The notes below the pieces were generated by a model. That model did not search any database, was not told the origin of the DNA, and worked only from the letters and a program-made list of their open reading frames with translations. Made by a program: the position numbers and the translations under genes. Below are positions 9,861 through 18,826 of a stretch of DNA of 64,000 nt, piece by piece. How positions within the stretch are numbered: the first letter of the stretch is position 1; each line of letters opens with the position of its first letter. The stretch comes from a virus: the IMG/VR virus record IMGVR_UViG_3300046170_000494, positions 96,001-160,000 of that record. The stretch is one strand, 5' to 3'.

Positions 9861-11693
9861 TTACTTAAAATTATCGTAAAACCCTGTTTCTTTATAAACT
9901 ATTGAATATTTTACTGTATAACCTGATATAGTATGAGGTCTTTTCACAAAAACTCTTCCAGCTTCATCACTGTCAATTTTGACCGCCATGTCTGTGTCTA
10001 GATATATTAGATCATCCGTTTTCGGTGAGACTGGTTCTGTGTTATTTTTTCTTCTTTCTGCAGTATGGAACTGTATAGGATAAGGGGATTCATTATATAT
10101 AACTACATGGTCTACTAAGCCTCTTTCATATAAATCATTAAAGTCGTCTAATTCATAAGAATTAATTAAACTTGCAGATTTATTTTCTTGACGAAGACTA
10201 AATAAAGTGTCACTATGGAAAGTTGCATAGGATTCGCTGCATCTATCTGGATCTGTATATTCTGAATGAATAAAATAATTAGGATGACCTGTTTCGAGCA
10301 TACTCTTGTTCAATCTTCCATTTGAAAAATAATTTCCAAAAACGTCATCCATTAAATTTTTATCTTGACCGAAGCACTCTCCTGAAACTATACCATATCT
10401 TAAATCATCTGGAATGTTTTCCATTAGAATAAAATCTTCTTCTATTTTTTGGGAGACAGTTTTAGTTCTTAGTTTCCATGGTTGGTATAATTCTCTTTTC
10501 TGAGCTTGATCTAATTTAGATAATTTACCAGATATTCCTGAAAGCAATCTATGAGTTTCTTCATCTTCTATATCTATGTTTGAAAATTCTCCAGATATTC
10601 CTGAAAGCAATCTATGGGTTTCTTCATCTTCTATATCTATGTTTGAAAATTCTCCAGATATTCCTGAAAGTATTCTGTTTGTTTCTTTATTATCCAGGTT
10701 TACATCTAGATCAGAAAGTTCCCCTGAGATACCAGAGAGTAATCTATTTGTTTCTTCACTATCTAGGCTTACCTCTAGATCAGAAAGTTCTCCTGAGATC
10801 CCAGAGAGTAATCTATTTGTTTCTTCACTATCTAGGCTTACCTCTAGATCAGAAAGTTCTCCTGAGATACCAGAAAGCAATCTATTTGTTTCTTCACTAT
10901 CTAAGCTTACCTCTAGATCAGAAAGTTCTCCTGAGATACCAGAAAGTAATCTATTTGTTTCTTCACTATCTAGGCTTACCTCTAGATCAGAAAGTTCTCC
11001 TGAGATACCAGAAAGCAATCTATTTGTTTCTTCAGTATCGATATTTATATCTAGCGAAGATAATTCTCCTGAAATACCAGAGAGTAACCTGTGAGCTTCT
11101 AAATCTTCGGTATCTAAACTAGATAATTCCCCTGAAATACCAGAGAGTAACCTGTGAGTTTCTAAATCTTCGGTATCTAAACTAGATAATTCCCCTGAAA
11201 TACCAGAGAGTAACCTGTGAGTTTCTAAATCTTCGGTATCTAAACTAGATAATTCCCCTGAAATGCCAGAGAGTAACCTGTGGGTATCTATGTCGCTATC
11301 TATAGATACATCAACTTGGATTCCAGATAAATTTTTATTAATTAATTCTAGTAAATTATTTACATCTTTACTATTATCTATTTGAGCTTCATGTATGTTA
11401 GATAGTCCTGAAGTTATTCCTGATAATATATAATTTGTATCTAAAGAAATTAAATTATGAATACCTTCAGTTTTAGATGATATACTATTTAATATATCAT
11501 TTGTTGGGCCTAAATCTATGTTTAAGTCGCCAGATATATCAATATTAACTTCATCGATATTGACTGGACCTGCTGGCTCCCATCTTCCACTCTCGGAATT
11601 CCAATTGTATGAAAATGTAGGGGTAGGTGAGAGGGAGTCAAGGTTCGTTATATCTGTGTATAACGGATTGTTTTTATAATCTTCGTTAGGCAT
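9861..11693 (-). CDS. acidic repeat-containing virion-associated protein (helical 21/23-aa repeats)
   Basis: 12 units of xRLLSGISGELS...; unique N- and C-terminal domains; in the same minus-strand cluster as the fibre genes. Confidence 0.6.
   Translation of the reverse strand: MPNEDYKNNPLYTDITNLDSLSPTPTFSYNWNSESGRWEPAGPVNIDEVNIDISGDLNIDLGPTNDILNSISSKTEGIHNLISLDTNYILSGITSGLSNIHEAQIDNSKDVNNLLELINKNLSGIQVDVSIDSDIDTHRLLSGISGELSSLDTEDLETHRLLSGISGELSSLDTEDLETHRLLSGISGELSSLDTEDLEAHRLLSGISGELSSLDINIDTEETNRLLSGISGELSDLEVSLDSEETNRLLSGISGELSDLEVSLDSEETNRLLSGISGELSDLEVSLDSEETNRLLSGISGELSDLEVSLDSEETNRLLSGISGELSDLDVNLDNKETNRILSGISGEFSNIDIEDEETHRLLSGISGEFSNIDIEDEETHRLLSGISGKLSKLDQAQKRELYQPWKLRTKTVSQKIEEDFILMENIPDDLRYGIVSGECFGQDKNLMDDVFGNYFSNGRLNKSMLETGHPNYFIHSEYTDPDRCSESYATFHSDTLFSLRQENKSASLINSYELDDFNDLYERGLVDHVVIYNESPYPIQFHTAERRKNNTEPVSPKTDDLIYLDTDMAVKIDSDEAGRVFVKRPHTISGYTVKYSIVYKETGFYDNFK
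10510..11290. repeat. intragenic mosaic tandem array of 63-bp and 69-bp units (about 12 copies)
   Basis: 63-bp offset between lines 11101/11161 (21 aa); 69-bp offset around 10801/10870 (23 aa); three sub-families of unit. Confidence 0.93.
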
Positions 11694-11708
11694 ACGAAGA
11701 TATTACAC
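11694..11708 (-). promoter_or_regulatory. putative late promoter GTGTAA, 9 nt before ATG
   Basis: minus strand GTGTAA-TATCTTCGT-ATG. Confidence 0.6.
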
Positions 11709-11714
11709 TTTTTT

Positions 11715-12059
11715 TTAATCCCTATCTAAGTGATGCTTTATGCCGTTTCTTTTTTTACTATATTCCTTGAAATATTTTTGCCTAACAGGGTCGTATCCGA
11801 GTTTATCTTTTCTTTTTTGACTAAGCTCTCTACTTTGATCTATTAAGTCTCCGTAGGAACCTTTTTGGTTTGAAGTTTTTTCTATAAAAGCTTTATTATC
11901 AAAAGGATCTGTACTGGAATCGATTTTTGCTTGAGGGATATTCCACACTCTTTTCCATTTTACGCTTTTTTCATCTACAAAAACATGATCTTCATTCATT
12001 CCTTGTATTAAGTCTATCGTCTCCCCTGTTTCTGGGTGTTCGTATGTATATAGTGGCAT
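11715..12059 (-). CDS. FmdB-like small protein, cysteine-less variant
   Basis: MPLYTYEHPETGETIDLIQGMNE follows the MPxYxYxCxxCG FmdB pattern with CxxC replaced. Confidence 0.6.
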   Translation of the reverse strand: MPLYTYEHPETGETIDLIQGMNEDHVFVDEKSVKWKRVWNIPQAKIDSSTDPFDNKAFIEKTSNQKGSYGDLIDQSRELSQKRKDKLGYDPVRQKYFKEYSKKRNGIKHHLDRD

Positions 12060-13114
12060 TATTCTAATATCCTATCTAAAGTATTTTTATATGTAAATTT
12101 ATCTTTTAGTTTTTCTCCCTCTGTATTTAATGATTTACATTTTGATTCAGCTAGATTCATTGCTTCTATAAACTCTTCTTCATTGAATGTATATATGTGC
12201 CCTTGATTAAAATCAGAACCTTTTTTGAAAAATATATTATCATATACTTCTTCTTTGCCGTCAGGCTCTATTAAAATAGAGTTGTCTTTGTTTGCCCAAT
12301 CTTTATGGCTGGTTGAGTTTAACACTATACTCCATTTGCCTAAGCATGTTGCATTGAAGGAAGGTAGATTCCAGCCTTCAGCACCACTCATTCCCCCCAA
12401 GTCAATATCTATTGAATTAAGAAAATCATTTACTTGCGAGTTTTTAGGTAAAAACGGTAGGAAGTTAATGTTTCCGTAGCTTTTGCCTTCAAGAATATTC
12501 CTGATGGAGGCCTCCATTTGATCTTTCTTGAAAAAGGGGTTTGTGATGCAACATGTTAACTGGTAATTATAGTTGTTGCCATATTTCTTTATCCATGCTC
12601 TAATTATTTTTTGAGTATGTTTCCTTTTCTCTAATTTGCCCATCAAACCAAAATGGATTTTATTATTTAAATATTCTTTTCCTGTTTTATGAAATGAAGT
12701 ATCGAATCCTAAGGGGGCGAAATGACTTTCATTAAAATGCGATTTAGCAAAAGAACTGCTAAATACTAATTTATCTTGAAGTTCTGCTATTCTGCTCTCG
12801 GCTTCTGTCGGTGAATCTAATTCGTAAAAAGTATAAAGTATTTGCCTTTTTGTTATTCTATTCTCTGCCCCATTTAGGTGCCACATTTGTAATGTAGTTG
12901 AATTTTTATCTAGTTTACTATATCTTGAGTTAACTCCATCCTCAATCCACTTCTTGAAGCTTTGGTCTTGAACCTGAAAAGAGCTTACATCTATATTTCC
13001 TGTGGGGAAGATGGACACATCATAATTTTCATTATACAATTCTTTTAGTAGATTAAATGATACATTACCGAAAGATAATGAATTTAGTGGGCCTTTGAAT
13101 ATAATTTTTTTCAT
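12059..13114 (-). CDS. GT4-family (GT-B) glycosyltransferase
   Basis: APLGFDTSF, FGLMGKLEKRKHTQKII, SGAEGWNLPSFNATCLGK. Confidence 0.8.
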   Translation of the reverse strand: MKKIIFKGPLNSLSFGNVSFNLLKELYNENYDVSIFPTGNIDVSSFQVQDQSFKKWIEDGVNSRYSKLDKNSTTLQMWHLNGAENRITKRQILYTFYELDSPTEAESRIAELQDKLVFSSSFAKSHFNESHFAPLGFDTSFHKTGKEYLNNKIHFGLMGKLEKRKHTQKIIRAWIKKYGNNYNYQLTCCITNPFFKKDQMEASIRNILEGKSYGNINFLPFLPKNSQVNDFLNSIDIDLGGMSGAEGWNLPSFNATCLGKWSIVLNSTSHKDWANKDNSILIEPDGKEEVYDNIFFKKGSDFNQGHIYTFNEEEFIEAMNLAESKCKSLNTEGEKLKDKFTYKNTLDRILE

Positions 13115-13497
13115 TAAAAAGGGATATCTGAGAATTCGTCTTCTTCTTCTTGTGTGTCGTTTTCTTTTTCTGAAGGATTATCGTTAGAACTCTCATTATT
13201 TCCACTTAAAAAAGTAACTATATCTGCAATGCAGAAAATTTTGTTTCTAGTTTGCCCTTCTGAGTTTTTCCATGAATTTAAGTGAAGCCTTCCGTCTACC
13301 ATTACTTTCCTGCCTTTACTAAGAAATTTTGCGCAATTATCCGCAGTTTTATTCCATGCCTCTACGTCCATATATAGAACATTATCTGATGGTCTGTTAT
13401 TTATGGCTATAGTGAATACGCAAACCTTCTTTCCGGTTTTAGTTTCTTTTACCTCTGGATCTTTTGTTAAGTTACCTAATCCTATAAATCTATTCAA
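13114..13497 (-). CDS. ssb: single-stranded DNA-binding protein (OB fold)
   Basis: MNRFIGLGNLTKDPE...DVEAWNKTADNCAKFLSKGRKVMVDGRL and acidic tail ending DIPF. Confidence 0.95.
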   Translation of the reverse strand: MNRFIGLGNLTKDPEVKETKTGKKVCVFTIAINNRPSDNVLYMDVEAWNKTADNCAKFLSKGRKVMVDGRLHLNSWKNSEGQTRNKIFCIADIVTFLSGNNESSNDNPSEKENDTQEEEDEFSDIPF

Positions 13498-14101
13498 AAT
13501 TAAATTCTCCTTTCAGTTCGTTTTGTATGTCTTTTATTGCTGAGTTATGTATATTAATGCATCCTTGGATACTCAGATTTAATGAATCTCCTATATTTTT
13601 CCAAGGCATTACTTTGTTTTTATTTCCTTCTATGTATCTCATGTTAAATATTTTTTCGACTCTTTTATCTGGGTGGGAACCTATGAGGTTAAGAACTTTA
13701 TTGAAAATATCTTTTTTAATTGAATTGGCGATATCGTTAGATTCCTTAGATTCTTGATCTGACATGTTCTCTATATACTCTGATTGAAATACTGGGCGCC
13801 TCTTGTTTCTGTTGTAAGTATTTAAGCAATTCCATTTAGTTTCGTTTCCTAGATACGTACTAAATTTCGCACCTTTGCTTTCATCATACTTTAGTGCTGC
13901 GGAGAAAATTTTATACTCCTTATCGTTGATTAAGTCTTCTTTGTCTATAAATGGATTATCCTTCGTTGAGTAAGCATTAACCATATCAATATATATTCCG
14001 CTATGTCTTTCTACTAATTCATTTAAACTAGCCTCAATATCAGTCCTATTTTTGATATTATTAATAAGCTCTAGGTCTGTGTGATTATTAAAAAAGTTCA
14101 T
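13490..14101 (-). CDS. sigma-70-family RNA polymerase sigma factor (regions 2 and 4)
   Basis: DLIN...IFSAALKYDESKGAKFSTYLGNETKW (region 2); FNMRY...WKNIGDSLNLSIQGCINIHNSAI (region 4 HTH). Confidence 0.85.
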   Translation of the reverse strand: MNFFNNHTDLELINNIKNRTDIEASLNELVERHSGIYIDMVNAYSTKDNPFIDKEDLINDKEYKIFSAALKYDESKGAKFSTYLGNETKWNCLNTYNRNKRRPVFQSEYIENMSDQESKESNDIANSIKKDIFNKVLNLIGSHPDKRVEKIFNMRYIEGNKNKVMPWKNIGDSLNLSIQGCINIHNSAIKDIQNELKGEFNFE

Positions 14102-14633
14102 TATATATTTGGTTAACTTTGTTTTGTATATATAGATTATCTACTTCTTCGAAATTTTTCCACTCATATTTATATTGAGAAGCTTTAATTAGTTTGGGAT
14201 TGTTATTCAACTCCTCTTCGTTTGGAGCTATATTTCCTTCTCTTGATATATGAATGGTTTTACCTTGTTTTGATTTAACCCAATTTATTTCGTTTTCGTA
14301 TCTTACGTCAGTAATGAATACGTAATTTACTTTATTTATCTGTTTGAGTCTGTCGGAAACTTTTTCTATCCAACAGTTTTCATTAAGTCTTCTCCTTACC
14401 TTTGATCCATAACAAACCAAAAAAGGCCTAATGATTTCCTTTTCGGAATTTTTTTCCGTGAATGCTGATATTCCTACGTTCTTTAATAAGAAATCATTAC
14501 ATTCTTCTTTTAATTCATCTGCGAATGCTATTCTAGTTGATAATAACCCTTTGTCTTTCAATTTTTCTGCCAACAAAGAATATAAAGTATCTTTTCCTGA
14601 TCTCGCTAATCCTGATATTCCTATAATATTCAT
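14088..14633 (-). CDS. deoxynucleoside monophosphate kinase
   Basis: IIGISGLARSGKDT P-loop, IAFADELKE, VFITDVRYENE. Confidence 0.85.
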   Translation of the reverse strand: MNIIGISGLARSGKDTLYSLLAEKLKDKGLLSTRIAFADELKEECNDFLLKNVGISAFTEKNSEKEIIRPFLVCYGSKVRRRLNENCWIEKVSDRLKQINKVNYVFITDVRYENEINWVKSKQGKTIHISREGNIAPNEEELNNNPKLIKASQYKYEWKNFEEVDNLYIQNKVNQIYNELF

Positions 14634-14941
14634 GCTCCAAAAATATTCTTAACTTTAACCGATAAATCATGGAAACCTGCATTAGCTAACATTCTCGAAA
14701 CCGAATGATAGCTAGTTATTTCATTCAAATCATCATCCACTTCGTTTGGTATGAAGTCTTTGGTTATTTTAGATGAAACCATAACTGATGATAACTTTAA
14801 ATTCTTACCTCTTTCAGCTAGCATATTAATTAATGCTTTAGTACATGCCTCTGTTTCTGATTCCGCAGATAGAACTATATTCCAATCTGAGCATTTAACT
14901 ATGAAACACTTTTCTTTAGCTAGGTCTATAATATTTTCCAT
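14630..14941 (-). CDS. hypothetical protein, first gene of the leftward operon
   Basis: 103-aa ORF coupled to the kinase (ATGA) and preceded by a sigma70-like promoter. Confidence 0.7.
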   Translation of the reverse strand: MENIIDLAKEKCFIVKCSDWNIVLSAESETEACTKALINMLAERGKNLKLSSVMVSSKITKDFIPNEVDDDLNEITSYHSVSRMLANAGFHDLSVKVKNIFGA

Positions 14942-14976
14942 AGAACAAGTATAGATGATAATTCAGTAAAAGTCAA
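14942..14976 (-). promoter_or_regulatory. sigma70-type promoter TTGACT-17bp-TATACT, leaderless
   Basis: -35 at 14976-14971, -10 at 14953-14948, ATG at 14941 after 6 nt. Confidence 0.8.
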
Positions 14977-15078
14977 TTCTTATTTTATATATTTATTAAA
15001 TTAAGATATATAGTATATCCTATTGAATAACAATATACAATTTTTCGTATGTCGCTAGTTTAATTTTTTAAATGTAGC

Positions 15079-15114
15079 TTGACAAAAGTCGTTAATTAGT
15101 TTAAGATCTACCGA
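15079..15114 (+). promoter_or_regulatory. sigma70-type promoter TTGACA-17bp-TAAGAT, leaderless
   Basis: -35 at 15079-15084, -10 at 15102-15107, ATG at 15115 after 7 nt; no Shine-Dalgarno. Confidence 0.8.
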
Positions 15115-15438
15115 ATGAAAAAATTCATCCAAATACCATTAGCTATTCAAGAAGATATTATTTCGGGAAATTTAATTGGCAACGATCTAGTTGTTTATTC
15201 CTACCTTGTTGATAAGGCAGGGCATGGTAAGCCCATATATTTTTCCAACAACAAGATAGCTGGTGAATTAGGTGGGATGTCTTATGGTAAAATATCGGCA
15301 AGCCTAAATAGGCTTCATAAGGCTAAACATATTTTAAGAAAAAAAACAGCAGGGAACACAATGACGCAACTAAAGACTGTTGTAATAAATTCTAAAAACA
15401 TTTTAATCAAAGGGAGACAGCATGAAGATATCTGTTAG
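15115..15438 (+). CDS. winged helix-turn-helix DNA-binding protein
   Basis: DLVVYSYL...YFSNNKIAGELGGMSYGKISASLNRLHKAKHI, as in phage HTH/replication-initiator N-domains. Confidence 0.75.
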   Translation: MKKFIQIPLAIQEDIISGNLIGNDLVVYSYLVDKAGHGKPIYFSNNKIAGELGGMSYGKISASLNRLHKAKHILRKKTAGNTMTQLKTVVINSKNILIKGRQHEDIC

Positions 15439-16375
15439 AATGGAAGGGGGTCTAGGTGATCATTTCGCCGCTAATAGATTTATACCTGCGATTAAAGAAT
15501 ATCACCCTGGATGTAAAATAGACTTATGGTCAGACACAGAAGGTAACTCAATACAGTCAGACATACTTAGAGAAATATGGCCAGACCATTTTAATGATGT
15601 TTTTGTTTTAGAAAAAAAGAAATATAAAAATTTTCGAATAAAATCATCAAATTTCCCAGAAGAAGATTATAGGGGGTCAATTAAAAATGTGCGATCCAAT
15701 GATATAAAATTAATGAAAGGAGCTTATGATAAGTTCTACGATTTACATATCGATTCTCTAGATTGGTTAAATCACGATTATGATTGGTTTAAATATTTTA
15801 ATGTATTCCCAAGACCTACCACCAGCTTAACTCAAAACATAGAGTTGCCTTTTGAAAAATTTATTTTAGCGCACCTTTATGCAAGAGATGATGCAGACTC
15901 AAATATGGAGGATTGGTATATCAAGAGGTTAATTAATGACGTAACAAAAGATTTTAATTTAATAATTCTTTATGATAACGATTCAAAGCATAAATACGAA
16001 GATTTCTTTGGATCAAAAAATCCTAAATTACATTTAATTCACGCAGATCTAAGGCAAATATTTTATTTAGCAAGTAAATGCACAGCTATGTTTGGTATTG
16101 ATTCGGGAATACGATACATTCCGTATCATTTTGGCAAACCTACATTTACTTTCTCAAAATATTGTCAAAAATATGGAACCGTTCAATATTCTTATTTAAT
16201 CAGATGGTTATTTAATGAAAGATATGTTTTCCCTTTACATTATGACGTTAGTAGCGCAAGTCAGATAATTAAAAATATGCTCGTAAACCCAGCTTATAAA
16301 CTTTACCCATTCTTACTTGATGACATTGAGAGTTTAGTTGCTCAGAGAGACATAACGGAATATATAACAGAATGA
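15422..16375 (+). CDS. GT9-family (heptosyltransferase-like) glycosyltransferase
   Basis: EGGLGDHF...IKEYHPGCKIDLW; MFGIDSGIRYIPYHFGKPTFTF. Confidence 0.75.
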   Translation: MKISVRMEGGLGDHFAANRFIPAIKEYHPGCKIDLWSDTEGNSIQSDILREIWPDHFNDVFVLEKKKYKNFRIKSSNFPEEDYRGSIKNVRSNDIKLMKGAYDKFYDLHIDSLDWLNHDYDWFKYFNVFPRPTTSLTQNIELPFEKFILAHLYARDDADSNMEDWYIKRLINDVTKDFNLIILYDNDSKHKYEDFFGSKNPKLHLIHADLRQIFYLASKCTAMFGIDSGIRYIPYHFGKPTFTFSKYCQKYGTVQYSYLIRWLFNERYVFPLHYDVSSASQIIKNMLVNPAYKLYPFLLDDIESLVAQRDITEYITE

Positions 16376-17142
16376 AAACAGCATTACTTTTTAGTGGAAA
16401 ATTAGGAGACTGGACAGAATGTTCTGAGTCTATCACTGAAAATATTATAAAACCCCTAAAGCCTGACATCTTTTTTGCTACATGGAGCACAGAGAATTAC
16501 CCGGATTTCTATAATTACTACAAACCTAAAAAGTTTACAATTTCAGGAAATGAAGATCTAAAGCTATTTGATTTACACAAACACCCAGTAAAGCCAAGCA
16601 AAGGTTTACTACCAATGCTCTTTAATATGAAAGCTGTTTATAATTTATTTTGTAATCAAAAAACTAAATACGATCTAGTAATCAGGTTAAGACCAGATAT
16701 TCAAATATTAGAGGAAATTAAAAAACATGAAATAAAAGATTGTATTAAAAATAAATTCATAAGATTACCTTTATTTGAAAGTGATAATATTTACAACCAT
16801 GAAGAAGAAATAAAAAAAGAGTTCAGTTTTAGTTTTATATACGACAAAGCCTCACTACCAAATCAAATCAATGACCAATTTGCGATAGGATCTCCTGATG
16901 AAATTAAAAAATATATGAATTGTTTAGATTATTACGTTAATGCAATTAACATTCTTTGGAATGAAGGGTATCCAGAATACATGATCAAGGTCCCTGAATC
17001 AGTAATAACTATATGTTTAAATATGCAGAACTGCAAATACAAACAGTTAACAGGAACAAATTCTTTTGGAAACATAAACACAATCCTGTGCAAAGATGGT
17101 AAAAAATGGAGAAATCAAGGCCATAACTCAGTATCAGTTTAA
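16372..17142 (+). CDS. putative glycan-biosynthesis protein (glycosyltransferase-like)
   Basis: MKTALLFSG...DIFFATW...YDLVIRLRPDI...NDQFAIGS pattern seen in glycan loci; mid-operon position. Confidence 0.55.
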   Translation: MKTALLFSGKLGDWTECSESITENIIKPLKPDIFFATWSTENYPDFYNYYKPKKFTISGNEDLKLFDLHKHPVKPSKGLLPMLFNMKAVYNLFCNQKTKYDLVIRLRPDIQILEEIKKHEIKDCIKNKFIRLPLFESDNIYNHEEEIKKEFSFSFIYDKASLPNQINDQFAIGSPDEIKKYMNCLDYYVNAINILWNEGYPEYMIKVPESVITICLNMQNCKYKQLTGTNSFGNINTILCKDGKKWRNQGHNSVSV

Positions 17143-18098
17143 TGAAAATATTTTTTCCAGACATCCATATAACCCTAACAAAAAATTTAAGCAAATCCCT
17201 GCAGCAATTAGGGCATCAAATTGTATTGCCCTCAAAAGACTATAAAATAACAGAGATGCCCCCTCAAAATTGGGCTTGGAACACATCTCATACAAAAGAA
17301 TCTATTAAAAAATTTGATCTAGCATCTAATTCTATTTTTGTAAATAAAGAAGAGCTTTTTGATATAAAACCTGATGTTATATTTGTTAGCGCATTCGAGA
17401 ATCAACTTGAGGTTTTAAATGTTATTTGGCCAGAGGCAAAAAAATGGGGAGCTAAATTAGCTTTTTATAGCGGGAATGATTACTGGGATACCGCGTATCC
17501 CTGGGACATAATAGAAAACTATATGCCTGCAGATCAGTTAGCTGCAAATTTATGCCAAAAATACCAAAAACATTACTTTCATTATAGGCCGTGGATAGAT
17601 TACGAAATGTTTTCTTTCAAGGGTGTCTCAAGCGGAAATAAGATAGGTTCCTATATCTGTGACTACAAGAAAAACTTTCCTCAAGATTATGATTGTTACA
17701 AACAAATATTAAATGCACATTCAGCAGAATATATATTATGTGAAGATAAAACAAAGCAACAAACAGCAGATATTATGCATGACACAATTTCTACATTACA
17801 TATAAAAAGATTAGAAGGTTATGGTTTCGCAATCATTGAAAGTATGGCCAGAGGTAGGCCTGTATTTTTCTGGGAACCGCTAACTCAAGGAAAAAGTTAT
17901 CTACAGTGGTTAGAACTAGGTGTCACTGGTTTTACATTTAGAGATATTGGGGATTACGTATCCCAACAAAACTTTTTAATATCTAATAATGACTTCAGGC
18001 ATCAAGTACAAACAGAATGCGCTAAAAGAATAAGAGACATTATAAATAATGAAGAACAAAATTTAAAATTAAAGTTTTTCCTAGACAATCTTGTATGA
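17142..18098 (+). CDS. GT4-like (GT-B) glycosyltransferase
   Basis: HIKRLEGYGFAIIESMARGRPV donor-binding motif. Confidence 0.75.
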   Translation: MKIFFPDIHITLTKNLSKSLQQLGHQIVLPSKDYKITEMPPQNWAWNTSHTKESIKKFDLASNSIFVNKEELFDIKPDVIFVSAFENQLEVLNVIWPEAKKWGAKLAFYSGNDYWDTAYPWDIIENYMPADQLAANLCQKYQKHYFHYRPWIDYEMFSFKGVSSGNKIGSYICDYKKNFPQDYDCYKQILNAHSAEYILCEDKTKQQTADIMHDTISTLHIKRLEGYGFAIIESMARGRPVFFWEPLTQGKSYLQWLELGVTGFTFRDIGDYVSQQNFLISNNDFRHQVQTECAKRIRDIINNEEQNLKLKFFLDNLV

Positions 18099-18799
18099 AA
18101 TTAAATGATTTATTTGATTGCGTTTATTATATCAATTTAAATAAACGGGTTGATAGAAAAAATAAATTCTGGCAACTAAATAAAAATATTCTAGACGTAG
18201 AGCGGACAATAAGAATTACCGCATTTGACGCATCAAATCAAAAAAATAATACTGATTTTACGTCAATCATAAACGCCAGAACAGCAATTTCACTAAGTTA
18301 TACGCAACCATTCTTACATGCAGTAAAAAATAATTTTAATCAGATATTAATTTTCGAAGACGATGCAGAACCCTTTTTTACAGACGCATCCTTAATAAAT
18401 AAGTATCTAACTGATGCGAACGAATTAAATTATGAAATCATGTTTTTAGGCGGCACAGTACAATCTCCACTTGACAAAGCTTCCGCGAATCTATTTAATT
18501 TAAAAGGCAACATTTTAGCTACCCAAGCGGTATGTTTTAATAATAGAAATAGTATTTTTAATCAATTCAACCAATTCCCGTCAAGTTTCGAGAATATGAG
18601 AAATTTCTTACTTTTAAACAACGGATGTTGCATGGACACGATTATAGGTAAAAAAATGACACAACAAAGAACATCTTTCGTTACAGATAAATTATTATTC
18701 GGTCAGTACGAAAGCTTTTCGGATATTGAAGCAGAAACGACATCTTACAATAAAGATATGATAAATAGATTCCTTAAATTCGCAAATAATCAAATTTAA
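18095..18799 (+). CDS. GT25-family glycosyltransferase
   Basis: FDCVYYINLNKRVDRK, ILIFEDDA, IMFLGG. Confidence 0.8.
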   Translation: MKLNDLFDCVYYINLNKRVDRKNKFWQLNKNILDVERTIRITAFDASNQKNNTDFTSIINARTAISLSYTQPFLHAVKNNFNQILIFEDDAEPFFTDASLINKYLTDANELNYEIMFLGGTVQSPLDKASANLFNLKGNILATQAVCFNNRNSIFNQFNQFPSSFENMRNFLLLNNGCCMDTIIGKKMTQQRTSFVTDKLLFGQYESFSDIEAETTSYNKDMINRFLKFANNQI

Positions 18800-18826
18800 T
18801 AAAATATCAGAAAATAATACCAAAGC

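Noticed and set aside
10576-11122. Plus-strand ORFs of 172 and 180 aa
   Set aside because: Antisense shadows of the repeat array, which lacks stops in those frames; no start signals.
8401-11290. Possible CRISPR arrays
   Set aside because: Units are contiguous with no unique spacers, lengths are multiples of three and in frame within ORFs, and no cas genes are present.
14977-15078. Replication origin next to the HTH gene
   Set aside because: AT-rich, but no iterons or clear repeats; adequately explained as spacer between divergent promoters.
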